Assembly: GCA_051313645.2 (NCBI GenBank)
Contig: JBNRSN020000002.1
Span: 568,602,001 to 568,666,000 of the forward strand
Origin: Centroscyllium fabricii
Lineage: Eukaryota
Reading direction: 5' to 3'
DNA: 64,000 nucleotides
In this document: in pieces, positions 35,255 to 48,432 of the stretch
Layout of the letters: each line of letters opens with the position of its first letter
Numbering within the stretch: the first letter of the stretch is position 1
Translations under genes and position numbers: made by a program
Notes under the pieces: model-generated
The model's database searches: none
Seen by the model: the letters and a program-made list of their open reading frames with translations, nothing else
What the model was told of the DNA's origin: nothing

Positions 35255-37294
35255 ACACAATAGCAAGGATTGTGAGGCTTTAGAGAGGGTACAAAGCAGA
35301 CTCACTAGGATGCTGCCTGGTATGACGAAATGCAACACAGTACAAAGAAGCACTGAGGCATTTATCATCAAAAAAAGATTTTAGAAGTGTTTAAAACTAC
35401 GACAGGATGGGACAGTAGATAGAATCAGACTGTTTCTAGTGGTAGAGGGGCCGAGAACAAGGGGCCATAGATAAAAAGTTAAATGCAAGAGATTTAGAAC
35501 CGAGAGCAACAAACCATCTTTACACAGAGTTGCGAGGCTGTGGAATTCACTCCCAGGATTAGTAGTTGAGGCATCAACAAAGTCAACATTTAAGATTAGA
35601 ATGGATAGCTGGATGAAGGAAAAGTGATATGGGAACAGGGCAGGTAAAGGTGATCAGGACTTATTTATTCGCATAGAGGGAAAATGGCGACATGGACTGG
35701 TTGAGCCAAATAGCCCGTTCCGGTGTTGTAACTTCCAATATTTCTATGCATTAAACAACTTTCTACCACTATTTACTTGAGCTGAGAAAAAAAAACTCAG
35801 TGCTTTGCCATTAACTCCAGGTGTCCCAGGAATCATTTCCCTTTCTGTCCCCTACCTGCCCCACCCACCCAAAAAAATAGCAGACTAAATATTTTACAAT
35901 AAAGGGAATGACATCATGAGTCAAAATCTACACTAGGATTTTGTATACTACAATCAATTAATGTAATTCAATTAATGAGATCCACTAAATGTTGGTAGAT
36001 ACTGTACAGGTTGAGCACCGTTAATCTGGCACGGTCGGGACTAGACCCGTGCCGAACAAGTGAAAATTCTGAACGATTGAAGCCTCGGCGAGCACATACG
36101 CAGACCATTCAAAACGGCCGTTTATGTTCTTATTACAACAGTGACTACACTTCGATTTGCTGGAAAGCTATTTGGGATGTTTGGAGATCGTGACAGGTGC
36201 TATATAAAAGCAAGTCTTTCTTTTCAAATCTGGGAGAGATGTAAAGCAGGCTACCAATTCGCTATTTCCCATTTTACACTGTTGTACAAGGTCAAGCTCT
36301 ATCTTAAAAAGTTTTTTTTACACCCAAAATATTAGCCTACTCTTTCTCCTTTTCAGATGCAGAATACAGATAAGTCCGGGATACTGTGCCTGCCAAAATA
36401 TGGTGCAGGGGTCACATCAGGAATGTTAAAATAAAACAGCAAAGACAAATATTGCAAGCACGAGGGACTGATGACAACATAAGTGAAATAGCCTTAACAC
36501 AACTTAATGGTGTGATGTTTCAGTTATTGTGTGAGTGTGTTTCAGGAATGGAGCTATGCGTGGCTGCGTGTCAGTTAAATACCAATTTTACTTCCACTGA
36601 AATTCATCACTTTTCTGGTTCTTGATGCTTTTTTAATGGCTATTTGCGATAACTACACAGTTACCAAGGAAACCCCTTAAATGGCTTCAGATCCACATAT
36701 GCGGGAGCGGGAGCGTTGAAGGTGTTTGCCTTCGTGGGCTGAACACCGGGGAAACCTTCGGGGCAATATTCCCTCGAATTATTATTTCAGGTGCGCGGTC
36801 TCTTTAACGGGCTGCGCGACCCGTTCAAATCTTCACGCACACGCGGTTTCTACCATGTGAAAGCCGGTGAGTGGTCTGCCCGGGACCTCCGTGGGATATG
36901 TGTCGGTACAGGCTCGATAGGGATCAAGAGATATGGGGAGAGGGCAGGGACAGGGTACTGAGTTTGGATGATCAGCCATGATCTCATTGAATGGCGGAGC
37001 AGGCTCGAAGGGCTGAATGGCCTACTCCTGCTCCTATCTTCTATGTTTCCAGGCCGACGTGCGGCCACACAGGTTATTGGGAACGTCGCTTCGGAGCCAC
37101 TTATATAAAAAAAAATTAAAAGCCATATTTTTATTAATTTGTATGTAGCCCAAGCTGTGGCTACTTACTGATTTTGGTGCTGATTGGCAAAAGAACCAAA
37201 GGCGACGTGAGAACCTAAGAACATAAGAAATAGGAGCAGGAGTCGGCCATTCGGCCCCTGAAATAACAGCATCGGTGGAGAGAGCAGAGTTAAC

Positions 37295-38079
37295 GGGGGG
37301 GGATTTTCCTGGAGGTGTGGGAACCTGGCGGGGATTGGTGGGGATGGGTTCCTGTCCCGCCTGGCCAAGGGCCTGGGAAGCCGACGCTATTTTAGTTTAA
37401 TTGCTCAATCAAATCCCCACGTGCGGGGTGCCCCTGGTAATTGCCGCATCGAGTCAGCAATTACGGAGCTAAAACGGCATTCTATCAAGTGGTCAGACAG
37501 CTGCGGGGACTCTGTTTACAGTTCCCATGGAAACACACCACTGTGACATCACAGTGGAGTGAAGCCAATAGGAAAGGCCAAGTGCTTGGAGTGACAGGTG
37601 GGCGGGCAGATTGCAAATCTTTGACAGCTAGGCACCAGCTGTCACTGCAGCTGTCAGTGGAGCTTGAAAGGTAAGATTTTTAAGTTTGTCCCCACAGCTG
37701 GTCTTCACCCAAGGGAGTGACTTACACCTCCAGGGTGTTGAAAGCCTGGGAAGCATTTTGCTCTAGGTCCTTCAACACCTTGAAGGAGAAAGTTAGCAAA
37801 ACCACTGTGCTCCCGCTGGGTTTTCCCCAGCGGGGTTTTAGGATGGTGTGGTTTGGATGGGAAGGGGTTGAAAATTGCTAAGGGCCCTTAAAATGGCATT
37901 ACAGATGCCAATTAAGGGCCCTTAATGAGATTAACATCCATCCCCACCGGCATGAAAGATTCGGGGCAGGGAGACAGGGCAGCGGAAAATGGAAAAGCAT
38001 GTCGGGACCCACCGGTTCCGCTATTTTGCCGTCCGAGCCGCCCAAAACCCCACCTCATGGGGACATGAAAGTTTTGGCC
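37295..38079. mobile_element. Harbinger-like MITE inserted into a Penelope hammerhead
   Basis: GGGGGGGATTTTC...GAAAGTTTTGGCC with flanks AAC/AAT. Same family as 55052-60771. Confidence 0.75.
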
Positions 38080-38082
38080 AAT

Positions 38083-38510
38083 GTTTCAGGTCGAAGACCT
38101 TTCGTCAGAACTGGAAAAACAGGAGAGGGGATCAATTTTAAAGCAAGTAGGGGCTTGGGAAAGGGGCAGGGGGTGAAAAAACAAAATGGAAGATCAGCGA
38201 CAGGATAGAAAGCGGGAGAGATTGAGAGATATTGAGAGACTTTGAGATATTGAAGGTGGCTCTGGATGAAGCGTGAGCGGCTCTGGCAGAGAGAAGAAAA
38301 AAGAAAAAAGCCCAGACGAAAGCGTGGATTAAAAAGAGGAGAAAATATCTACAGGTGTGTATATAAATATAAATATGTGATAGGGGCCGAGGTTATGATC
38401 TGAAATTGTAGAACTCGATATTGAGTCCAGAGGGCTGTCGAGCGCCGAAGCGAAAGATGAGGTGCTGTTCCTCGAGTTTACGCTGAGCTTCCGTGGAACA
38501 ATGCAAGAGG
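38083..38510 (-). mobile_element. Penelope-like 3' fragment (continues at 37262-37294)
   Basis: Minus strand CTGACGAaAGGTCttcGACCTGAAAc and the end of the GIY-YIG region (EAQRKLEEQHLIF). Confidence 0.75.
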
Positions 38511-39028
38511 CCGCAGACCTGGCTGATCTGACTTGGGCGCAACTCCATTCCCCTGCCCGCTCCCCATAACCCGTCACTCCCTTATTGTTCAAAAATCTGT
38601 CTCTCTCCACCTTAAATGTATTTAATGACCCAGCCTCCACGGCTCTCTGGGGTAGAGAATTCCACAGATTTGCGACGCTCAGAGAAGAAATTCCATCCTC
38701 ATCCCAGTTTTAAATGGGCGACCCCTTATTCTGAAACTGTGCCCCCCACTTCTGAATTTCCCCCATGATGGGAAACATCCTCTCTGCATCTGCCCTGTCA
38801 AGCCCCACGCAGCGAGCGGTTAGGATCTGGAATTCACCGCCTGAGAGGGTGGCGGAGGCAGATTCAATCGTGGCTTTCAAAAGGGAATTGGATAAATACC
38901 TGAAGGAAAAACATTTGTAGGGTTGCGGGGAAAGCACGGGGGGAGTGGGACTAGCTGAAATGCTCTTTCAAAGGGCCGGCACGGGCTCGACGGGCTGAAT
39001 GGCCTCTTTCTGTGCTGTGTAATCCTAT

Positions 39029-40025
39029 GGGGAAAAAATTGGGTTGCGCCCCGTTTGGGGCACTAACCTCAGAAATTAGCGCCCCGAAGAAGTTGGCGCC
39101 GTTCCGCCGTGAATTGGGTTTTAGCGCCCCAAGTAGGAGGTTGGGCGCTACTGCGGGCGCCCCACCTCGTTCCTTGGGCGCAACAACTGAGGTTCGGGCC
39201 ACTGTGGGTCGCTGCGCCACGCTCTGCAGCACGCCGCGCCGCGGTGCTGCAGGCCTCCCTCTCCACCGGGGATCGGAGTGCCGCCAAAGGAGCCCGGCAC
39301 TCAAGGGAAGTGCCGGGCTCACGGACCACAGCCAGCACTCCGTGGGGGGGGGGGGGGGGGAGGGGGGCATCGGGGAAGGCCGGGGACGGCAGAGGGGTCA
39401 GGTGCTGGCAGGCGGCCAGCAAGAAAAATGGCCGCCCGACACCCCCCCCCCACCTTTAAATAGCGCTGTGGTAATCATATTACCACTGTATATAGTTGTA
39501 TTGCACCACATGACCAATGTATATAGTTGTTTGGTGTATTGTATATAGAACACTGTTGTAAGGCCAGGTCAGCCACACCTCTAACTCCTCCCCTCAGGTG
39601 GGAGCCTTATAGGTGAGGTCTGCCCTGCCCCCAGCCATTCTGTGCCTGATGTTCGACTGGAGACTAGCTCCATCTTTAAGCTAATAAAAGTCTATAGTTA
39701 AGGTAACTACTCGTCTTTAGTATTATTGATGATACGTCAAGCGCTGGTCCGACTGCAACTGCGCCCCCCTGACCCTGTCGGTGACAGCGTCCGGCGCTAA
39801 GTCAGGGGGCGCGACTGAAGTTTGAGGCCGGGGCGCGAGCGAGGTGCTGCGCACGGCGATGACATCAACGCTGGCGGCACAGCACCACGGGGCGCTACCG
39901 GCTGCCGCCACCGCCAACCGCTGAATATCACGGGAGGCACCAGCCCAGGCGCTAGGTGCCTTGCGCCCCATTAGCAGCCCTCTTAGGGCGCTAACGGCTG
40001 GCGCAAGCAACCAAATTTTTCCCCC
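39029..40025. mobile_element. GC-rich Harbinger-like MITE interrupted by a solo LTR
   Basis: Homology to the 11125 and 23148 copies. Confidence 0.75.
39467..39739 (+). mobile_element. Solo LTR (related Gypsy subfamily)
   Basis: TGTGGTAA...GATACGTCA with TSD AGCGC (39462-39466/39740-39744). Confidence 0.9.
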
Positions 40026-41067
40026 TTATTTGATTTTTGATTTCTCTGCACCAAATGCCGCCCTTCCCGAACCTCCGGGGCCACAAAAAACAAGACAAAC
40101 TGGCCAGAAATAAAATCGAACTAAACTGCCTTAGCTTCTGGTGGGATGGAAAGGAAATGCATGCACGAAACCGGCACTTCGGATGGGCCTACGGGTGAGT
40201 ACTCAGCGCGTGCTCACCTGGGGCGATCGGAATTTCTGGGCCAAATTGTGTATTCCCTTGCCTTGTTAGTCCTTCCAAAATGCATCACCTCGCACTTTTC
40301 AGGGTTAAATTCCATTCGCCACTGCTTCGCCCATCTGACCAACCCGTCTATATCGTCCTGCAGACTGAGGCTTCCCTCCTCGCTATTTACCACCCCACCA
40401 ATTTTTGTGTCATCTGCAAACTTACTGATCATACCTTTTACATTCATATCCAAATTATTAATGTAGACTACAAACAGCAAGGGACCCAGCACCGATCCCT
40501 GCGGTACCCCGCTGGACACAGGCTTCCAGTCACAAAAACAACTGTAGGCTCTCGCATGAAGAGTGGTTCCTTGGGCGAGGTACCAGAGATAGTGTCAGTG
40601 CCCGTAGAACTGTGCCTCAGCATGATGCCTTCAAGAGGGGAGGAGGAGGAGGAAGGGGCAAAAAAAACCAAACCTCACAACTTCAGTGGCAATCCCACAC
40701 ATCTTGATAATCAAAGCTGTCAGTGGGAGTGTTCAACCGAGCCCCTGAATTCCAAACTCTGTGCAACATTTCATTATGGCACTCAGTCATCCTCCCAGCA
40801 GGAAGCATTCTACCACTTTTTGTGTGAGCTGAATTGACAGGCATCAGCAGCATGACTGAATCGTTCTCTGGCTTCAACAACGCCTTCAAGCAGAAGATCC
40901 CCCAGCTTAATGTTTAAGTGCAAACCGAGAGGGCCTTGGCGCAACTCAGGATTGGAATGGGCATTCCCGTTAATTTGTACAAATCTTACCGTGCTGAGTG
41001 TAACAGATTCGGAGGCTGGGGGAGGGTCTGATTTAACATCTATCTACTAATAAAAGAAAAAAGAAAG

Positions 41068-42340
41068 ATTTGCATTTATATAGTGCCCTTTACAACCTCC
41101 GGACGGCCCAAAGTGCTTTACAGCCAATGAAGTACTTTTGAAGTGTAGTCACTGTTGTAATGCAGCAGCCAATTTGTGCACAGCAAGCTCCCACAAACAG
41201 CAGTGTGATAATGACCAGATAATCTGTTTTAGTGATGTTGGTTTGATGTACCGTCAATAAGGCCAAAGACGAAGAGTTAACCTTAACTATACGGCTTTTA
41301 TTGACTAAAGAATGGAGCGTGTCTCGGCTGAGCTCCGTGGTGTACTGACCAGAGGTGGGTGAGCAAGCACCTATATACCTGAGTCCGGAGGTGGAGTCAG
41401 GGGCGGGGTCAGCTGGGGCAAGCTCCTGCATGTATATGTACAGGTATTTACAGACAGTAGGATTTAGCAGTACAGTCGTACAAACAGTGGTATAACATAT
41501 GGGATAATGGTTTACCACATGTTGAGGGATAAATATTGGCCCCAAGACACGGGGATAACATCCCTGCTCTTCGAAATAGTGCCGTGGGATCTTTAACGTC
41601 CACCGAGAGTACAGATATGACCTGGAATACTGCGTACAGTTTTGGTTTCCATATTTAAGAAAAGATATACTTGCTTTCGAGGCAGTTGAGAGAAGGTTCA
41701 CTCGGTTGATTCCGGAGATGAGGGGGTTGACTTATGAGGAGAGGTTGAGTAGATTGGGCCTTGACTCATTGGAATTCAGAAGAATGAGAGGCGATCTTAT
41801 CGAAACATATAAGATGGGTGAGACTAGAACTAGGGGGCATAACCTTAGAATAAGGGGCTGCCCTTTCAAAACTGAGATGAGATGAGGAGAAACTTCTTCA
41901 CTCAGAGGGTAGTGAATCTATGGAATTTGCTGCCTCAGAGAGCTGTGGAAGCTGCGACATTAAATAAATTTAAATCGGAGACAGACAGTTTCCTAGCTGA
42001 TAGGGGAATAAGGGGTTACGGGAGAGGGCAGGGAAGTGGACGTGAGTCTAAGTTTGGATCAGCCCTTGTTTTGGATCAGCCCTTGATCCTATTGAATGGC
42101 GGAGCAGGCCCGAGGGGCCGTATGGCCGACTCCTGCTCCTACTTCTTATGTTCTTATGTTATGTTCTTATGACCTCGGTTTAACCTCTCATCCAAAAGAC
42201 AGCACCTCTGACTGTGCAGCACTCTCTGCACCGCACTGGGAGTGTCAGCCTAGATTTTTGTGTTCAAATCTCCGGAGTGGGACTCGAACCCACAACCTTC
42301 TGACTCCGAGGCGAGAGTGCTGCCCACTGAGCCACAGCTG
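41068..42340 (-). mobile_element. DeuSINE split by a solo LTR (41244-41519) and a CR1 fragment (about 41618-42170, plus)
   Basis: SINE consensus resumes after each insert. Confidence 0.75.
41244..41519 (-). mobile_element. Solo LTR (divergent Gypsy subfamily)
   Basis: TGTGGTAA...ATTGACGGTACATCA termini, internal AATAAA and an imperfect TSD. Confidence 0.75.
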
Positions 42341-42674
42341 ACAATGTCCAAAGAGCATCTCTTTCTAAACCTCCAAACTCACAAAATTGAAATGGAACTC
42401 AGCAAGTAAGCAGGATGAGCAAAAACTGAGCTGGCGGGGCTTTGTAGGCCGAATATAAACCAGTGCTGTAGTTCGGTCACTCCAGCCTCCCAATATTACC
42501 ATAAGCACCAATAAACAGACCCAAACAGGAATAGAGAGAAAGAAAGTGAGATTGTCCTTCAAACCCAGCTAGGGATGTCAGTGACAACTGGAAAGTGAAC
42601 AGACGCATCATTACCCAACTTCACGATACTTGACCGTCTGTCAAACAGCCTTTCCCCCTGCCCCCACTTCCGAT

Positions 42675-43331
42675 GGTCCAGAAATTCCGGTCCCCCCGGG
42701 TGAGTACGCGCTGGGTATTCACGCATAGGCCCATCCAAAGTGCCGGTTTCGTGCGTGCACAGCGCATGCGCGGAAAACCGGCACTTCCGATCCCCTGACA
42801 GAAGCGTTCAGAGGTCGGAACGCGTGCGTGGGAGCGGCAGCGCGTGCACACTGCACTTCCGCTTTTTTATAAGATTCTGTGTCCGGGTAAGTATGAAAAA
42901 GTTACGGCTGATATTTTAATGTGCAAAGCCTGGTTTTAACAAGGTAAGTGGAGAATTAATACAAATTTTAAAAAAATTCCACAGGTTTATTATTTTTAAA
43001 TACTTTAAAGAAAGGTCAGTTTATTTTTAGCCCCGTCAGAGAAAATAATTAACTTTTTCAAAAATTTAAATTGTTTAAAATAGTTATTTAATTTAGGTCT
43101 TCCTGTCAAACCAATGAATGGAGCATTCTGTGCTCCGATTGGCTCTCCGTGGCCCACGTCATCCCTCGCACTATCTGCGCCGCTGGGATACGCGAGCGCG
43201 GCGCGCCGGCAGTTGGAGGAGGCACCGGATCGGAATTCCACGCGGGCCCACAGCTCAACGGCCGGCGCGCTGGGTAAGTGCAGGTTGGAGGCTCGCACCC
43301 GCGGGAAGCCCCCGACCCGAATTTCTGGGCC
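42675..43331. mobile_element. Harbinger-like MITE
   Basis: GGTCCAGAAATTC / GAATTTCTGGGCC termini. Confidence 0.65.
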
Positions 43332-44629
43332 AATATATTTAGAACTAATAAAAGGCATTCGAAAGAAAATGATACAGACGCACAATTTTTTTTTTTTTTT
43401 TAAACGTCCCGATGACATTTCTCCTGGGTGCTGCTCGCAGTTGCGTCCTGGAGATTAGTCTGCGGTTCCTGGAGATTCTCCAGAGCAAGCCTGGAGTATT
43501 GTCAAACCCCCTGCACCTAGATGACCACATCATCAAGAGCTACAGGCACTCGGGCAGTGGCTGCAGAGCTGAGCAGCTCTGGAACAGCCCATTCCAGGCA
43601 CCAGGGAGGGAATCCAACTCAAGACGCTGGCGGGGGCCGACACAAACTTTGCAGAAAGAAAGAACTCTCCCAGGCAAAGAAAAAACAAACTGGAACGAGT
43701 TCACTTTAAACCACCTGGTTTTTCAGGGGAGCTGGGCAGGCGCGGGACCACACCGGCCGCACCGTTACAAAGGAGCCGGTCACAGATTTTTCCGTCCACC
43801 CCTTGCCCGGCAAAGTGGAGACCGACCAGGAGCAGAGAGCTCGGGCTGTCTCAGAGAGAAGTGCGGGTGCGGACGAGTGAGAGAGAGCTTTCAGCAGCCG
43901 GGTAATGACACTCAGGTAAAGGAACTACTCTGATGTTCTTTGAACGCGGTCAGTGCGCAGGGAGCCTCGCTGTCGGGGCGCGCAGGAGACATGGTGGAGG
44001 AAGCCGCTTTCTTTGCTTTGGAGGACTCGACCTGGAGTTTTACGGGATATTCTGCTGACAGCCAGGGGGATTCCACTTTTACAGCTGCAGGATAGAAATG
44101 ATAAACGTCGCAAAACTTCCACTGACAATTTGTAACACTGGCAAATTGCTTTTTGACACAGTTCAAACAACCCACTATTCTATCGCGCCTTTAACACAGC
44201 AAAACGCTCTTCATAGTTGGACTGCAGGAGTGCGGGGAAGTGACAGAAAGCGTCGTTGAAGGGGAAGGTTTTATGCTGTATTTTCAAGTTGGGGGAAAAT
44301 GTAAAAGGGACTTGCATTTCTATAGCGCCTGTCACGACCACCGGACATCCCAAAGCGCTTTACAGCCAATGAAGTACTTTTTGAAGTGTAGTCACTGTTG
44401 TAATGTAGGAAACGTGGCAGCCAATTTGTGCACAGCAAGCTCCCACAAACAGCAATGTGATAATGACCAGATAATCTGTTTTTGTGATGTTGATTGAGGG
44501 ATAAATATTGGCCCCAGGACACCGGGGAGAACTCCCCTGCTCTCCTTCGAAATAGTGGCCATGGGATCTTTTACGTCCACCTGAGAGAGCAGACGGGGCC
44601 TCGGTTTAACGCCTCATCCGAAAGACGGC

Positions 44630-45690
44630 ACCTCCAACAGTGCAGCACTCCCTCAGTACTGCCCCTCCGACAGTGCGGCTCTCCCTCAGTACTGCCCCTC
44701 TGACAGTGTCGCTCTCCCTCAGTACTGCCCCTCCGACAGTGCGGCTCTCCCTCAGTACTGCCCCTCTGACAGTGTCGCTCTCCCTCAGTACTGCCCCTCC
44801 GACAGTGCGGCGCTCCCTCAGTACTGCCCCTCTGACAGTGTCGCTCTCCCTCAGTACTGCCCCTCCGACAGTGCGGCGCTCCCTCAGTACTACCCCTCTG
44901 ACAGTGTCGCTCTCCCTCAGTACTGCCCCTCCGACAGTGTCGCTCTCCCTCAGTACTACCCCTCTGACAGTGTCGCTCTCCCTCAGTACTGCCCCTCCGA
45001 CAGTGTGGCGCTCCCTCAGTACAGCCCCTCCGACAGTGCGGCACTCCCTCAGTACTGCCCCTCCGACAGTGCGGCACTCCCTCAGTACTGCCCCTCCGAC
45101 AGTGTTGCTCTCCCTCAGTACTGCCCCTCTGACAGTGTCGCTCTCCCTCAGTACTGCCCCTCCGACAGTGTGGCACTCCCTCAGTACAGCCCCTCTGACA
45201 TTGCGGCACTCCCTCAGTACTGCCCCTCCGACAGTGCGGCACTCCCTCAGTACTGCCCCTCCGACAGTGCAGCACTCCCTCAGTACAGCCCCTCTGACAG
45301 TGCAGCATTCCCTCAGTACTGCCCCTCCGACAGTGTCGCTCTCCCTCAGTACTGCCCCTCCGACAGTGTGGCGCTCCCTCAGTACAGCCCCTCTGACAGT
45401 GCGGCACTCCCTCAGTACTGCCCCTCCGACAGTGCGGCACTCCCTCAGTACTGCCCCTCCGAACAGTGTCGCTCTCCCTCAGTACTGCCCCTCCGACAGT
45501 GCGGCACTCCCTCAGTACAGCCCCTCTGACAGTGCGGCATTCCCTCAGTACTGCCCCTCCGACAGTGCGGTACTCCCTCAGTACTGCCCTTCCGACAGTG
45601 TCGCTCTCCCTCAGTACTGCCCCTCCGACAGTGCGGCGCTCCCTCAGTACTGCCCCTCTGGCAGTGTCGCTCTCCATCAGCACTGCACTG
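44630..45690. repeat. 33-bp minisatellite (about 32 units) within a full DeuSINE (44308-45785, minus)
   Basis: Unit ccctcagtactgcccctc(c/t)gacagtg(cg/tc)(g)c(a/t)ct. SINE is intact on both sides. Confidence 0.92.
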
Positions 45691-46980
45691 GGAGTGTCAG
45701 CCTGGATTTTTGTGCTCAAGTCTCTGGAGTGGGACTCGAACCCCCAACCTTCTGACTCAGAGTGCTATCAACTGAGCCATGGCTGTCACCGGGGCTAGCA
45801 GGACAAATGGGTTTAGGGAGAGAGTTCCAAGGGTGCGAAGGGTGGAGGGTGTTTCCAGCTTCCCAAGGAGTTACAACAGAAGACTGGGAGAACTCCCAAA
45901 GAATTTCAGAGCCACAGTGTGCGAGATCCGCTGGACAACAAAGTGGTGATGGTAAAGATCGTGGTTGAACCAAGGAGCGAATCCAAAATGGCGCGACCTA
46001 TTAACTGGCCTAAACTTGAAACACTTTGGATATTGAGGTGTGCCATCCCTTGAAATAAATGAATGGTAACACACAATACACGGGGACAAAGCTTCCCTCT
46101 GGACACTGACAGTCGCTGTTTTGTTTATCCAGACATTCATTTCCGACACAGTTCAACAGTTGTGAAATTTTCTTCCTAAATGATTCCCGATAGTCCAGGG
46201 ATTGTTCGCAGCTCCTGACAGCCCATCAGGGTTTGTAAATGGGGCTAGTAGAATCCCGTGGATTTCATTTACGCGATTTTTCGTGCAACTGTTGATGTGT
46301 TTCCGTAAATTACTGTCGGCGGTATTCCTACTCAAGTGTTAAACTGTTGCAGCTGAGAGCGCAAATTAAAACCAGCCAAGTGCGAGGACCTGGTGATCTA
46401 CTGGAGCTGAGCTGGTGATCTGGCTGAGCGGGGAAGGGGAGCAGGAAAGCTGTGTTCGAGTTAACTCATGGACAGCTCAAGGGAAGGGAGGGAATCAGCA
46501 AATGATCTTTGTCAACGTGAGCAGGAAGATTTTTCGATAGTTTTAAATCTAGGCACGCGGATAACTGAGCCTTACGGTTGTGGAATGACAAATGGTTGCA
46601 CTACACAACTTGCCGAACAATAATGCCGGGCAAGACTGTTACAGACAGGACGGAGCGCGCAACCCATCAACAGCAGTTAACGATCTTGTATTCAGTAATT
46701 GAACATTAAATCCACTCAGTGGAACTGGACTTTGGAGCATGTGACACTATCCACGGCAGTCTGCAACAGTCGTACTGCAGCCGTCAATTCCAGCCGTGCT
46801 TTCTTACGGTGCAGGACGTGAGGGCTTGCAATTATGCGTTGGGGTAATACCTAGCGGCGAGCTTAACGCGTTCAGCTGAAATGACTTTGTTTGCTGTCTT
46901 AGCCCCTTGAAAATAAATGTCTCAGGCCACCACCAGGGTCGCAAGAAAACAATCCCCAGCAAGGTAAACCGGGAATTGTA

Positions 46981-48432
46981 GGGGGCACAGCAGCATAGTG
47001 GTTATGCTACTGGACTAATAATCCAGAGACTAAGGGGGGGATTTTCGCAAAGCTGTGGGAAGCTAGCGGGCTTTGGGTGGGTCAGTTTTATGACATGAAT
47101 GTTTGAGGGCCTGGGAACCCCACGCAATTTTGGCCTAATTGGCCAATTAATTGCCTACGTGTGGGAAGCCCCTGCCAATACACAATTTCCAGTTGGAAAG
47201 CAGCGGCCTACAGATGACAGCTGGAGGTTTGATTGGCAGTTCTAGGGACTGTGTATTGTTAGTTTCTATGGAAACAGTCCATTGTGACATCACAATGGTG
47301 TGCAACTAATCTCAGCGCCCAAGTGGGTTGAGTGACAGGTCTAAGGACACGTTGCAAAGCTTTCACAGCGAGGGGCCGTCTCTCTGTGAAGCATTGCAGC
47401 ATCTGTCAAGGTAAGTCTTTTCAGTGTTTTCTCCACAGCTGGTCTTCACCCAAGGGAGTCACTTACACCTCCAGGGTGTTGAAGGCCTGGAAGGCATTCT
47501 GCAACAGGTGCTTCAATGCCTTGAAGGTGAAAGTGACCAATCCGACTGAGATCCCGCGAGCTTTCACTGGCGGGGTTTCAGGATGGCGGGGAATGGGTGG
47601 GAAGGGCTTATAAATCGCGAGGGGCCCTTAAAATGGGATTACCCGTGGCGATTAAGGGCCCCTAATTACCTCAACGATCAACCCTGCCGGTGGTGGGCGG
47701 GAAAGATTCAGGTTGGCTGGACACGCCGCCCGAAAACCACAAAGCAGCGGGGATCCGGCGGGAGGGGTCGGGACCCCCGGTTTCGGGATTTTAGGCCCCG
47801 TCCCGCCAGAAACCCGCCCTCACGGCCCGAGGAAAATCCCCTCCTAAGAGTTCAAATCCCACCACGGCTGTCGGGGAATTTAAATCTAATTAAATAAATC
47901 TGGAATTAAAAAGCTAGACACAATAATAGAAACATAGAAGATAGGAGCAGGAGTCGGCCATTCGGCCCTTCGAGCCTGCTCCGCCATTCAATGAGATCAT
48001 GGCTGATAATCCAAACCCAGTACCCTGTCCCTGCCCTCTCCCCATATCCCTCGATCCCTATCGAGCCTGCACCGACACATATCCCACCCTATCCCCATAA
48101 CCCCACATATTCAATCCCCCTAAAACTAAGGGTCGATTTATCATGGCCAATCAACCTAACCTGCACATCTTTGGACTAATAGTGACCCATCTGGTTCACT
48201 AATGTCCCTGAAGGAAGGTCTGGCCTATATGTGACTCCAGACCCACAGCAATCTTTAACGACCCTCTGAAATGGTCTAGCAAGCCGCTCAGCTGTAACAA
48301 ACCGCTACAAAGAAGTGCCATGACCGCAGCGGTTCAAGGCGGTGGCTCACCACCACCTTCTCAAGGGCAGTTAGGGATGGACAATAAATACCGGCATGGC
48401 CAGCGACGCCCACATCACGTGACTGAATTAAA
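46981..48432 (+). mobile_element. tRNA-derived SINE with second-family CR1 tail, split by a MITE (47034-47844, TSD TAA) and a truncated HE1 (47928-48176)
   Basis: Head gcatagtggttatg...gagttcaaatccc. Tail ctcaagggcagttagggatggacaataaat...cagcgacgcccacatc. Second copy at 53905-54370 (minus). Confidence 0.7.

Noticed and set aside
42365-42562. 65-aa ORF with a hydrophobic stretch
   Set aside because: Short, non-ATG start, no homology or splice support.
43412-43933. 173-aa plus-strand ORF as a nested gene
   Set aside because: No recognisable domain and no similarity to recalled C10orf105. Only the donor site is kept as a weak candidate.
44571-45755. Long repetitive ORFs (371-382 aa; also 14039-14719) and a CRISPR-like appearance
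   Set aside because: These are head-to-tail 33-bp units with no unique spacers and no cas genes. The ORFs arise because the unit length is a multiple of 3.
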